A stretch of DNA of 64,000 nt. It comes from Torpedo marmorata. Lineage: Eukaryota. Position numbers and translations under genes: made by a program. Positions within the stretch are counted from its first letter, which is position 1. The number at the start of each line of letters is the position of its first letter. The DNA lies in assembly GCA_977017645.1 (NCBI GenBank), contig OZ360245.1:27342001-27406000 (forward strand), given 5' to 3'. Below, piece by piece: positions 12,601 through 63,272 of this stretch. The notes beneath the pieces are model-generated. The model saw only the letters and a list, made by a program, of their open reading frames with translations. It was not told the origin of the DNA and did not search any database.

Positions 12601-15359
12601 TAATGTTTGGAACAGTTTTGTTTTTACTTACGATTTCCAAAATCCACAGTATTTTATTTACAAAAGTATGTCAATGACAAGCATTAGTTTATTGCCCAGA
12701 AACCTTTTATAAAGAAGGATTAATAAAGCATGAAACAAGATTTCTGATCTATGATAGGTATGGCTGAATAACCACCCCATTCTTGAAAAGGGTCTGAGTC
12801 TTTGGACCACATTGAATAGTGGAAGTTTCCTCTGTGTTCTCAATGTGAATTCATATGGTTTCTATGAATTTACATTATGATATAAGCTTTAATCCTTTGG
12901 ACTCCAGCCATTTTTAACCTGCCATGATATGTACTCCGGACTGGGTCCATGGGTAAATTACAGTACGAATACCAGTATGAACTAGCTGGTGGTTGGGTAT
13001 AAAGCCAGTCCTGGAAAACAGGGACATGGAGTATATGCACCTATTGGCAGTCCCTGATAACCGGGACACGGAGTAATGCGCTTGTTGGTCATCCCTGAAA
13101 ACAGGGACACGGAGTCCAAAGGGTTAAGATTCTGTAGTTTTCTGGTTAACCTGAGTCATTATTAAACAACTTAGTTTATTTTGGCATGTTAATGTACAAA
13201 GTCACACATTCAAAATGCAGTCAGAATTGAGACTGATGAGCTCTTGGTCACCAGGGAATCAGGTGGGAAAGTAGGCGAGATAGAAAGAAGGTTTGCATTT
13301 AAGTGGCACTCCACATCCCTTTCAGGGCACCCAAAGCTCCTGATAGCCTTTGAAGTAATTTTGGAGTATAGTCACTGTTGCAGTAGGAGAAATGTTGTGG
13401 CCTACTTGTGCACAGCAATCTCCATTGAGGAGTATTATGACCATGTAGTATGTTCCCTGGTATTCCAGGAAGCTCCAACAATAGGGAAATACATTTAATC
13501 CATTATGTCCATACTGGCAGAGCAATCCAGCTGGTCTCATTTCCCCTGTATCTCCACAGCCATAGTCTTGCGATTTCCCCCATTTTGAACACCATGATTA
13601 TATTTACTTCTATATTCACAATGGCAATTGTATCTAAATCCTAACCACTTACTAAATGAAAGCAAACAAGAGGATCAGCTGCCGATTTGTTGAGTGGAGG
13701 GTGGGGTTGAAAGGGACAGTATCACTGATACTGATTCTTCTTCATGTTTTCTTATCCACATTGAATTTATTTGTTTTTATGAAAACAATGAAAGCCCCAT
13801 ATCTTAGGTGATTATATATTCACATTTACAATGCTTAAGGAAAGCAGATACCATATCAAATTATTTACTGTTAACTTTGGAAAGATCTTCTGTAGAGATT
13901 AATTTTGAAGTTCTTGCTGTTGCTGATCAAATTGTACCAAGTGGAGTTTCAGAACTAACCTCTACACAATGAATGAAGGATTGTCAAACCATTACCAATT
14001 AGTGGGACACTTTATTAATTGAACTAAATCACCAATCCTAGCAAGTGGCGACAAAAGGAAGAATGTTGCCAATTTTATACCGTAATAGATTATTTTTTTC
14101 GGCTAACAGCATTCATGTGTTTGATTCAGATGCTGATTAAGATATCAAGATTGTGGAGTAATGCTGTTGAAGATTTCTTTGTAATGAATAGATTCATTTA
14201 AAGTGCAAGAAGGTTTTAATTGCTTCTGACCATGTTTGAAAGGTGCAAAAGATACGATCGTATGCTTGTTGCTGTACCAAAAGAGTCTGTGCTCTTTGAC
14301 TACGGAGGAGATTTGATCGATGAGACAACGATGGCATCTGAACCTGATTCCAATTCCCCAACTACCTTCTCGTGGATAAGCAGCACTCCATCATTTACCC
14401 CAAAACCGGAAGCTACAAGTCAACAAACAACTTTTGGCCAAGTGCTCAATGCAGCAGAAGATCTCCTTAAAGTCATGGCAACTGTCACTCAGAGCTCCGC
14501 CAATGGTAATATGTCTGGTACTGCAGGCAACTCTGTCAATGAGAAGACTGGCATTTCATTGGATAAAGCCAAGGAGAAGAAAAAGAAAAGAAGGAAAGGC
14601 AAAAAGAGAAAAGGGAAAGGAAAGAAGAAAAATCGTGAAGGCAAACGTGGTTCTAAAGGCAGCAAAGCAACGAATGTACTGCAAGTTCTTGAAAAGAAAG
14701 TCCATAACAAGGACTATTTCACTGAATTGGAGAAAGTTGGAAGAAGTAATGAACTGGGCCAACAACTCTTTGATAATTCTTTGGATTCAATGATAAATAG
14801 AGATGTATTTAATGATATGATAAATGATGAATCCCACAGAGTGGATAGCTACACTCAGCTGCATAAGATGTCAACTGTGTCAATGGCCAAACCCAATCAG
14901 AGATTTCAGCATTACAGAATTGAAGGTTTTACACCCCTCTTGGTTACACAGAACCCTGTAACTGAATTTTATAGAGAAAAATTGACTGCCAAATTATGGC
15001 CCAAGGTAGTTGATGGGCATCAATCCAACAGAGAAGGAGCATTCATCTCAGCACCTCGTAAAACAAGTCCCATTTCTCACCCCTTCAAAAAGGAGCCTTC
15101 AGTTTTAACCATGATTGCACCTGGACAATATAAAGAGGAGACATCTACTCCAACAAGTATCCACACAGTGCCTAAAGAAATGGCAACAAACGCTAAGTTG
15201 AAAGCAAGCCGCTCGGTCCCTTCATTAGATAGCATCCACAAGAAACAACGGCGTAAAAGGAAGGGCAGGAAAAGGAAAAATCGAAAATCGCAACAAAAAA
15301 GCAGGCTGACTATACCAACAGCTCCTCACACGATTGTTCATGGAGAACTTGAAAAATAG
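9162..15359 (+). CDS. PROCA1: Group III secreted phospholipase A2-like protein, PROCA1 orthologue; 4 coding exons, 636 aa
   Basis: Exons 9162-9687, 10415-10547, 12043-12177 and 14243-15359 join in frame over GT-AG introns (1911 nt). Signal-like [43 protein letters not shown]. Lys-rich tail and tail-to-tail adjacency to SUPT6H match the known mammalian PROCA1 locus. Confidence 0.85.
9824..9981. mobile_element. hAT (Charlie-like) MITE
   Basis: CA.TGGTTCT termini; 8-bp TSD ttttagag/tttcagag; relatives at 5189 and 16231. Confidence 0.75.
10415..10547 (+). CDS. PROCA1: PROCA1/PLA2-III exon 2 (catalytic His-Asp)
   Basis: (ct)n-cag acceptor; [15 protein letters not shown]...HCDCDV; donor gtaggt. 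Confidence 0.92.
10681..11093 (-). mobile_element. Copy of the 5305-6150 non-autonomous retroelement
   Basis: Shared blocks such as gcagccacacagagtccagtcca. Confidence 0.7.
11114..11489. mobile_element. Composite hAT MITE (two inverted units plus a spacer)
   Basis: CAGTGGTTTTCAAACTG inverted termini; TSD ctctagac/ctctcgac. Confidence 0.82.
12043..12177 (+). CDS. PROCA1: PROCA1/PLA2-III exon 3
   Basis: [29 protein letters not shown]...RYWYGW; tag acceptor, gtgagt donor. Confidence 0.92.
12893..13123. mobile_element. TTAA-targeting (piggyBac-like) MITE
   Basis: TTAA on both sides; TIR CCTTTGGACTCC / GGAGTCCAAAGG; three internal repeats of about 23 nt. Confidence 0.75.
14243..15359 (+). CDS. 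PROCA1: PROCA1/PLA2-III exon 4 (S/T-rich and Lys/Arg-rich tail)
   Basis: aag acceptor completes W-CKRY; 1117-nt open frame ending in TAG. Confidence 0.85.
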
Positions 15360-15589
15360 TTTTGCAGCTAAATTCCCATTGACCATATAGCAAAGTATGA
15401 AATCACAAGTTACTCTGTAACGTATTAATATTTGTGAATAGTGAAAGTGCATGCCTTTACAGCTGATTTTTGGACAACACAGTAGAAATGTACACTGATG
15501 TTTCTTATTCATGAATTTTGATTCTTTATTGCTTTGTGGTTATCCAAATGGACTTAATTACACCATAGAAAGGAAACTTTATAAAGTTT

Positions 15590-15595
15590 AATAAA
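15590..15595 (+). terminator. Candidate PROCA1 polyadenylation signal
   Basis: First AATAAA after the stop codon, followed by T/GT-rich sequence. Confidence 0.45.
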
Positions 15596-16230
15596 CTTAA
15601 CATCTTTTAATCACCTTACTGTGTACATTTACTTATAGTTTTCTTGAGTATGTTAAGCTGCCACATCCGAGTTAGCTGAATTTACATATTTCTCTGTCAC
15701 AATTCACCATTTTCCTTCCAAAGTAATTCAACAAATGACACTATTTGTTAGGTGAAATTGTTATGTTCATTAAGACAACAATTATTATGTTGATACAACT
15801 TGTGCACGAAGATGGATGAGTATTTTTAGATGTGTTTCATGTTTTGGAAATTGACCATAGAAGCAGATATTTACAAGCCCTTTCTCTCTCAATGAATACT
15901 TTTTTTCCAACAATTTCTCTGGTTGTTTCAAAAAACATTTGTTAATTTTCAAAGAAGAAGGTACTTCTGTAATCCAGATCGTTTCTCATAATCTTCAACC
16001 TACTCAGCACCATCTTTACAACCAATCAGAGTAAATGTTATTTGAACGGTTGGTTCCATGAATATTGAACTGCTTTGGTTATTTATTTTAATATTTATTG
16101 AAATGCTTCCAAAAATTGTGACTGAGCTCTTAATGGGGAGTGGGAGAATGGATTAACTCACAATGGAACAGCAGAGCAGACTCAGCGGGTCGAATAGCCT
16201 ATCTCTGCTCCTATATCTTATGGTCTAAAT

Positions 16231-16336
16231 CAGTGGTATTCAAACATTTTCTTTCCACCTTAAGTAATCCCTATGTGATTGGTAAGGGATTGCTTAAAGT
16301 GGTATGTGAGTGGGAAGGGAAGGTTGAGAACCACTG
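16231..16336. mobile_element. hAT MITE
   Basis: CAGTGGT...ACCACTG termini, same family as 11114. Confidence 0.7.
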
Positions 16337-17639
16337 CTCTAGACCTCAGTGCAATAATTTCTGAGAATGCATGCTGGGGAATGCCAGGTGAAGGCATAAT
16401 TGGACACATCAGCAGTGATGCAACAGCCTAATCTGCTGTAAATATTGGGTGCCACACAATGAGTAGCCATGGCAAATTACAGAAAGTGATTGGTTTACGT
16501 GGTATTATCAATGCATGCTGTCAAACATGAGGAAACCATTTCTAATTAAATGGTACACATGTGAATGTGTGTTTGCATGTGCTTATTCGTGTATTTTGAG
16601 TGCGTGTCTGTGTCTGCATGTGCGATCATGTGTATGCGTGTTAGTGGTGGAGGCTGAAGGCACAAAAACATGCAAATTGACATTGCCTCTCCTTCGTGAA
16701 CATAACGAACTATTGGTCATTGTTAATTTTGAGCTTTCAATGTGTTGCAAGAAAATATTGTAAATGAGGCAGTTTTTCCCCCCCACTAGATTTCCATTAG
16801 AAAAGTGGTAATAGTTCTTTTGCTACTGTAAGAAGCAGTGATTAACAGGCTGGGAAATAAGACTCATCAAAAATAGGATTCAAAATTTAATCCGTGTTCT
16901 TCCTATGCATAAACCAATTTTTGATTAAACAATTTTTAAAAGAAAATCAGTGGTTTGCCCCACTGCCTGTTTGAATACAAATTGGTCAGTGAATGATAGG
17001 GTCTTCAATCTAATATGTGTACAGATGAAGGGAACTTACTAAATGGCAGGAATGCAACAAATCAGTAAGTACAATGTTACTTTAATCATACATATATTCC
17101 TTGATTTGGATTGTGCCATTGCTTTTGTCTTGGGTATAAAACTTACCCCATTTCATCCTACAGCTCCATCCTATTCATATTACATTGTACGAGTTAGATT
17201 TTCCACTTGCATCAAGAGTCCGCACACCTACAGCCTCATTAATGACAATTTTGGTATTGACACTTTTGTGTCAGTCTTCTGACTAGGTAGTGATATTTAC
17301 CCCGTTTCAGGAAGTGATCCCCATTGAAGCTTGCTAGAACAACATTTTGGTCTAATGGCAAGGAGAGTCAACATGATTGGAGCCCAGGCTTCGATCAACA
17401 AACCTTGTGTGTCCATGCATGTGTGTGCTGAGTACACAGATGTACTCCAACCACACACAGTAACAGACCACTCTTTAGTTGTACAGAAATAGGCCCTTCA
17501 GCCTCTCCAGCTCTATGCTGACCTTTGTGACATTAATCAAATTTGACTGCATTAAGCTAGTTTCCTTCTATGCCTTGTTTTTTTTCCCGCCAAGCAGAAA
17601 TAGACGACAGAACAGGTAGACTACGTCTGTGCCGACCAC

Positions 17640-18009
17640 CAATGTTCCCTCTAATTTCTAGTAGTCAGTGTGCGCAAAAATCTTACGTTGTGCAAGTTTT
17701 TTTCCTGTGACAAAAGTATGTGCGCACTGAATGCTTGTGCAAATGTAAACTTGAAATTGTTTCAAGATAATAAAACTGTATTGGCATGTTTTAATATAAT
17801 ACAAGTATGATTGCATTAGTGATGTGCAAATGTGGTATTTGAAAAACCGACTAACTAGTTAATAGAAACAGTTAGCTAACAGATTATTTTCAATAAGTAT
17901 AATTATTAATTACTACATTATTTTAGGCAACTAACCTTTTGTGCGCACATTAATTTCCTTTGTGCACTGGTTGCAAAATGTGCGCGCTCACAGCTTAGAG
18001 GGAACAGTG
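17640..18009. mobile_element. hAT MITE, 370 bp
   Basis: TIR CA.TGTTCCCTCTAA; perfect 8-bp TSD ccgaccac. Confidence 0.88.
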
Positions 18010-20471
18010 CCGACCACTATGCCATTCTAATCCTATCTGCCTGTTTTTTGGAAAAAATATTTGAAGAGGATTATATTGAAATAAAGGAGATAGAAAGGAA
18101 AAATTAAAAACTCAGCAACAAGTAAAACCTTAAGGAATAAGATGGCGTTAATTTTCAACGTCAGATTGATGAGCAGCATTTAACCCTTTTGTTAAGATGG
18201 TATTTAGACTGAAATTAAAAAACCCTTTGTGAACAATGTCTTTCAGACTTTCAAGTTTTAAACTTGGTAAATTTAAAACTGTTCCCTTGAATGATATCCA
18301 AGTGAAAATCAATCACTTTTCTGCCACTCATAAAATAATAACATGAAAATGAATGTGCTTTGAATTATCAAGGGGCCCTCTATCTTTGTTAACATTGGAA
18401 CCTGTAATTTAGAAAATATATCAAAAGCAGGCAGATGTTCATGTTTACAAAACTTAAATACCATGGTAAACTTTGAATTGCGACATGAAGTACTGAAACA
18501 TGAATGGTTTGGGGTATTTGCTTTATTCATGGAAAGATACAAGATATCAAGAATGGAAAGCACGATAATCTGGATTAAGATTCCTGGTTTTGAAAATACA
18601 ATTTAATGCAGGACTCTGAAACCATAGCTTTTTAAATTAGTTAAATAATAGAGCACAGGAACCCCATTATTTTGCATGTAATATACTTCCCAATAATACA
18701 CAAGTGGGAAGAGGCACTCACCAATAAAAAAAGAAATAGATTATGTTAGTATATACTAGTAACTACATGGGTTTATAGATTTTTCTTGTGTAAAATGGAA
18801 TATAATTACATCATTTCAAAAAATAATAGTTCCCAGTGTGCATAAAACTGCCTTCAATGGACAGCCTGCTCATTCAACTCAATTACAACTTCTTAAAATT
18901 AGATGTTTTTGCAATTAAGGTAACTTTGTCATGGTGTCAACTTGCATATGGCTACAATTGCAACTGCTTATTGTAGCTACGAAATGCCTGCTTCAATAAG
19001 CAATATTTGAATTCACAGTACATTTTTAATTCAGAACAAAAGCTACAAAAAGTATTATCCAAGGTGAATTGTATTGAAAATATCAATTCTCCTCTTCAAA
19101 ATGACATTTTTTAATGTTACATAAAACTAGTTTGCAATGCAAAACAATTTCAAAGTTAAGCTCCTTTGGATCTACCATTTTGCACACTGCATATAATTTA
19201 ACTAACTGATCAAAATTGTTCCCATCCAACTCCAGTCTTTCAAAAACTTTGGTTAGAACTTGGACTCAGTTTCACAGGCCCATGCAAATCCAAACTATTT
19301 TAGCAACTGTCCTACTGTAAATTCTAATGATTAGAAAAGTTGTTTAAAGTTTACCTGGATGAATAGGACACAGCATTAGATTGATGCCTACTACAGTTCC
19401 TAGCCAGATCTTAACTTTCTCTCACCAGTAAATCAAAAAGGAAGTTATCACCTCAAAATGTTTTTGAATCCAGATATTTGGAAAATACATCAGGTCTAAA
19501 GTTTTGTTGTTCTATACTGAAGTCTTTTGACTGTAGGTGCATTTGTAATCCAGGAATGGTACATTTCAAAGAAGGTTTCCAATTTCAGCAATAAAATACA
19601 GGTAACACATGGTGTATTATTGCAACTCTCACCAACATTTTTCCATAATCAACACAAACCTTTAAAACAAAGTAGTTACAATCTCCATTCCTATCTTGGA
19701 AAATATAAATAACCAAAAATATAGTCCTTGACGGCCTTCAATTATTTCTGAGCCAAGTATCTAAACAGTGTTATATTCATTGACTGATGTGATTGAAAAT
19801 AATGTAATATACATAGAGTTTACTATTCTGCGATAACTCAACATACTATTTCGAGTCTTTCACAATGAAAAAAATGGGAAGGCATTCAGGCAACTTTACA
19901 TATACCAAAAAATGGTACATCTATTCCATTTTTCCTGCATCATCCCTCCTCAATGGAATACATGGGATGATTTTCTGCTAGTTAACAGAAGCTGCAGAAT
20001 AGACTTATGACTGAGTGAAGCAAGCGGAGCAGAAAACACCATCATATCACGACTACAACAGCATTAAATTACATATCACCAGATGCTGCTGGGGTGCAGC
20101 AGATCCTGTGGTGTATTACAGCAACACACTGTTGCAGTTCAAATGACATTACACAATGGCATTCTAGCTCCAATGAGGTTAAGTGATTGTTGGAACCTAC
20201 CATCCAGCTGCTTCCGCTGGCTAGAAAAAAACCCAGAAAATTGCAGGAACCTGTGCACATACATGATACATGCTGTTGGAGTTCAGAAACTGATAAACTG
20301 AGATTATTCAAATCTCTCATTGCAAGATCTCTTACACTTTGCCATACAAGTACAGAAGTATAGTTATTATGCTTGAATCCTTTAGTTTTAAAGGACTTTG
20401 ATAACAAAATTGTTATGATTTAAGTTACAAAATAACAAGAAGGTGAGAAAGTGTCTTAAAGTAAATGCTCT

Positions 20472-20477
20472 TTTATT
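20472..20477 (-). terminator. Candidate SUPT6H polyadenylation signal
   Basis: AATAAA on the minus strand about 615 nt after the stop, followed by a U/GU-rich tract. Confidence 0.5.
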
Positions 20478-21091
20478 TAGAGGGGGGGGGGGGGGGAGAG
20501 AATAAAAAAGCTTATTAAATCAGGAACAATTTAAATTCTTTTCTCCCCATCAGAACACACAAGCACCACATTGGTGACCGTCTTGTGTTTGTGAAGTTTC
20601 ACCTCACACATTAAAAAACAAGTTCGCATATACTTATGTATGTACACCATTATACTTTAGGAAGAATTTGCATTTGTCAAGAAGCCGATAACCAGTATGC
20701 TTTACAGGGCTATCCCTTCCTTATGTATTACAAATGTCCCAAAATCTCAACTCTCTCAAAATCAAAAATAGGCTGACTGTAAACTGGCTTTTTTTTTTTG
20801 CACACGTGCAAGTCACAATAGGATATGCATTCTGTTTTAGCCATCTGACATTGCATACAAGTCCAATGACCTTTTCAACATTCCAGTGATTTCCCTTAAC
20901 TTTCGAACAGTTTCATGCTTCTTCTTACATGGGCAACACTGAGTGTCAAAGGCGTTCTGAAAATATCAATATACAACTTAGAAAACAAAATCCTAAGCCA
21001 ATCAGTAGCAGTGGGCATTGGGAAACACTGAAATTAACAGACCCAAGGTAGGGCAGGTTCAAAGTTCAAATGCTGTTCATTTTGTCCTCCT

Positions 21092-59805
<38,714 letters not shown>

Positions 59806-60129
59806 CTATGATGGTAAACCAGATGTTTTTGTGACAAGACTTTACTCCCAAAAAACAAACTATGTTCATTTAGTAAACGGAAGCTCACGTCCCTGGAGAA
59901 TGCCACCTCTGAAAAAATTCACTCTATTTAGCAAATCAATCTTGCAGCAGAAGTCATAGCTGCTGAATACTACTTCAGACAGTAATATCTTCGCAGTTTG
60001 TTTTAAAAGTTGATCTAACAAAATTGTTAAAACAGTTGAACAAAAGCAGAACAAATTACTTATTTTAAGTATCTCGGAGTCAACCAAACACTTCAGCATG
60101 CGACTTTATCTGTCAGCTTGCTTAAAGTA

Positions 60130-62131
60130 CAGTAAAAGTCCTAAAAGCCGGACTGCTTGGGGATTGGGCTGGTCTGGATTTTCCGGATTCTCGGGCAGTA
60201 CATATGTGGCACTAACGCAATGCACATTCAGAAAATAAAGAAAGATTTGGATAATTGGAAAGATTTACCTATAACTTTAATGGGAAGAGTGAATTGTATT
60301 AAAATGAATATTTTTCCAAGAGTTCAATATCTTTTTCAATCTATACCTTTTGGTATTCCTCAAAAATTTTTTAAATATTTAAAAATTATTATTAGAAAGT
60401 TTTTATGGAAAGGAAAATTGGCAAGGGTAAGTATAGATAAATTAACTTGGGAATATGAAATGGGTGGATTACAACTTCCTAATTTTCAATATTATTATAA
60501 GGCAGCACAATTAAAATTTATAAATGAATTTTTTGATTTAACTAAAAATACGGCTTGGATTAATATAGAATTGAGTAATATAGGGGAAAGATATAAGGAA
60601 GATATTATTTATAAATGGAATTCCAAATTATTATTGATTAAAAAGAAAAAGTCACCGATTATTAAACACTTATTGGAAATTTGGAATCAGCTAGATAATG
60701 AAATAGGACGAAAAGGATCAATATCTTTAAATATGCCATTATATCAGAATCTATTGTTACCTTTTTCTATTGATAATCAATTTTTAAAATTATGGTATCA
60801 AAAAGGAATTAAGAAGATTAAAGATTGTTTTGAGGCAGGAAGATTTGTTACTTTTTCTAGATTGAAGGAAAAATTTGGAATAATGGACAATACAATTTTG
60901 GCTTATTATCAGGTTAAAGGATTTTTAGTTGAGAAATTAGGGAATCAATTAATATCTCCTAGACAAGATGGGTTAGAGTTACTAATTACTAATGGAAATG
61001 TTAATAAATTTATATCACAAATGTATAAATTACTTCAGAGAAAGATGCCTAAAGTAGGACTACATAAATCTAGACTAAATTGGGAGTCAGATTTAAATAT
61101 TAGTGTAGACGAACAACATTGGAAAGAACTATGTAAATTGAGTATGACTAAAATTATTAATGTTAGATATAGATTAGTACAATATAACTTTTTTCATCAA
61201 TTATATATAACTCCTAAAAAATTAAAGAAATTTAATCCGGCATTATCAGATATGTGTTTTAGGTGTAAAGATGAAATAGGTTCTTTTGTACACTGTACAT
61301 GGTCATGTTTAAAAATTCAAAATTTTTGGTCTAAACTTAAGGATTTTTTAGATAGAATTTTTAATATCACGATTCCAATGGACCCTATGATATTTCTATT
61401 TGGAGATATTAAAAAAATTAGTATTAGAAATAGATTGAATATGTATCAAATAGAATTTTTACGAATTGTGTTAGCGATTTCAAAAAAATGTATCGCTATT
61501 ACTTGGAAATCAGATTTAGATTTGAATTTGGATAGATTACATGCAGAGTTACGCTCGTGTATACCATTGGAAAAAATTACGTATAATCTACGAGATAAAT
61601 ACCATTTCTTTTTGAAAATTTGGAGCCCATATATGAGAATTATGGGTATGAATTAATTCTCTAAAAGTTAGTAACGCTGACAAAAGTAACCTCCAATATA
61701 TAAGTAGAGTTAGCTTGTAATGGTTTTCTCCTCATACTAACTCTCATAACTTTATTATTCATTCTATTCTTTTTTCTTTTAACTAATACTTTTTTTTTTC
61801 ATATTTTTCTTTTTTTTTTATTAGAATAGTGTGGGAGGGTTGGGGAGGGGAGGGTGGGAGGGGGGGAGGTAATATATCACATGTATTTTGAATAATATAC
61901 TATTTTTGATCTATGTATTTTGTGATTTTAAAAATTAAATAAAATATTTAAAAAAAAAAAAAAAACTAACGCAATGCACATATGCAATGCATGCACACAA
62001 AAGCAGAGAGTTGTCGATAAGTCTGGATTCTCAGGTAGTCCAGATTTCAGCCAAGAGTTTGAGGTCCGGATTCTTGAGTGGTCCGGATTTCTGGCATCCA
62101 GATTTTTGGATTTATTTTTTATTTTTTACTG
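60130..62131. mobile_element. Tc1/pogo-type MITE interrupted by L1
   Basis: TA-CAGTAAAA ... TTTTACTG-TA termini with tccgga-rich subterminal repeats. Confidence 0.65.
60228..61964 (+). mobile_element. L1 LINE, 5'-truncated and young
   Basis: Uninterrupted ORF2 C-terminus (GGLQLP, CFRC...HCTWSC), G-rich 3' UTR, poly(A), perfect 17-bp TSD actaacgcaatgcacat. Confidence 0.95.
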
Positions 62132-62599
62132 TAAATAATTGCGTAAAATTGGTCTCCAAACTTTCTAGTATTTTCAACTGCAGCTTTTGCTCAGAGAGGG
62201 CAGAATAACGAGTGTAAAACATGCAGACAAATCTTTGACAGAACTATTGATTTACACAAGATGGTCAATTTTGCCCATTGTGCCTGCAATGAAAAAAACT
62301 ATCCAGTCACCCACGTTCCTTCGTTCTTTCCCCAAAATCCTGCATAGATTCCAATACTATTACAAGCTCCTGTTTTAATTAGTGAGTTCACTTTGGAGGT
62401 TGGTGCTGCAAACATTCACAGTTCACAACATTCACAGATGGAGAGGCACCATTAAGTGATAACTATAAAAAAAGTTAATGCTCTGAAAGAAGACAACTGA
62501 ACAATGGTTGTTTATCCAGGGTTCATTATTGATCAGGCAGCCATTTGATGAAAAACAGATGGTGAGTGAGACATATGATTGAAAGTCATGTGATTGAGA

Positions 62600-63272
62600 C
62601 ACTTGAAGAAGCAGGATTGATTAATGAGCAACGAGAGAACTGCAAGACACAGAAGTGAAGGGACTTTGTGTGAAATGGACACTTCTGCTGTTTCTCCTTG
62701 TCAGGGGAAACATTGAACCACCGTGACCATTGCAATGGTCATTTTGATTGACCCGTTTCTGGGTAAAGGAAACAGGATCATTCCTTCATTTGGATCGTGA
62801 CCATTCTGAGGGTCATTTCATTTGACCCGTGCGTGGGTTTTGGAAGCATCGTGGAAGTCACATGTTTCGTTTCCCCTACGCAAGGAAGAGGGATGTTGTG
62901 ACAATCATCCGTATGAAAGGACATTTCTCTGGAAGCAACTCGACAAGGATTCGTGAGTTTTCGGCAGTCTGATCATACAGTCTCTCTCTCTCTCACCTAC
63001 TTTGTGATAACTTCTGAATATCAGCTTAAAAGTTTGAGTTTCAACACAGGATTTCTAAGACTGAACTTTGAATTGACTTTCCAGAATTGTGCCTAAGCTG
63101 TAATGGTTTGGGTATTCCACACACACACATAAGTACATTCGCGCATAGTTGGGGATTAAGTTTAGATAAGTTAATTAAGGTGTTATATTATTAGTAATTA
63201 TTAATAAATATATTATTTTAAAAAATAACACTGTCTTGGTGAATTTCTATTGCTGCTGGTCTGTGACGTAAC
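62600..63272 (+). mobile_element. LTR-like fragment
   Basis: AATAAA near 63203 and a ...cgtaaca end; 5' end not resolved. Confidence 0.35.

Noticed and set aside
9162-15359. Naming the gene PLA2G3
   Set aside because: It lacks the Cys-rich C-terminal exons of PLA2G3, and the Lys-rich tail plus SUPT6H adjacency favour PROCA1
16360-16780. Possible enhancer between the two genes
   Set aside because: Short motif matches only; cannot be supported without conservation or chromatin data
60157-60227. N-terminus of the 499-aa ORF as a gene start
   Set aside because: Derived from flanking MITE and TSD sequence; the rest is truncated L1 ORF2
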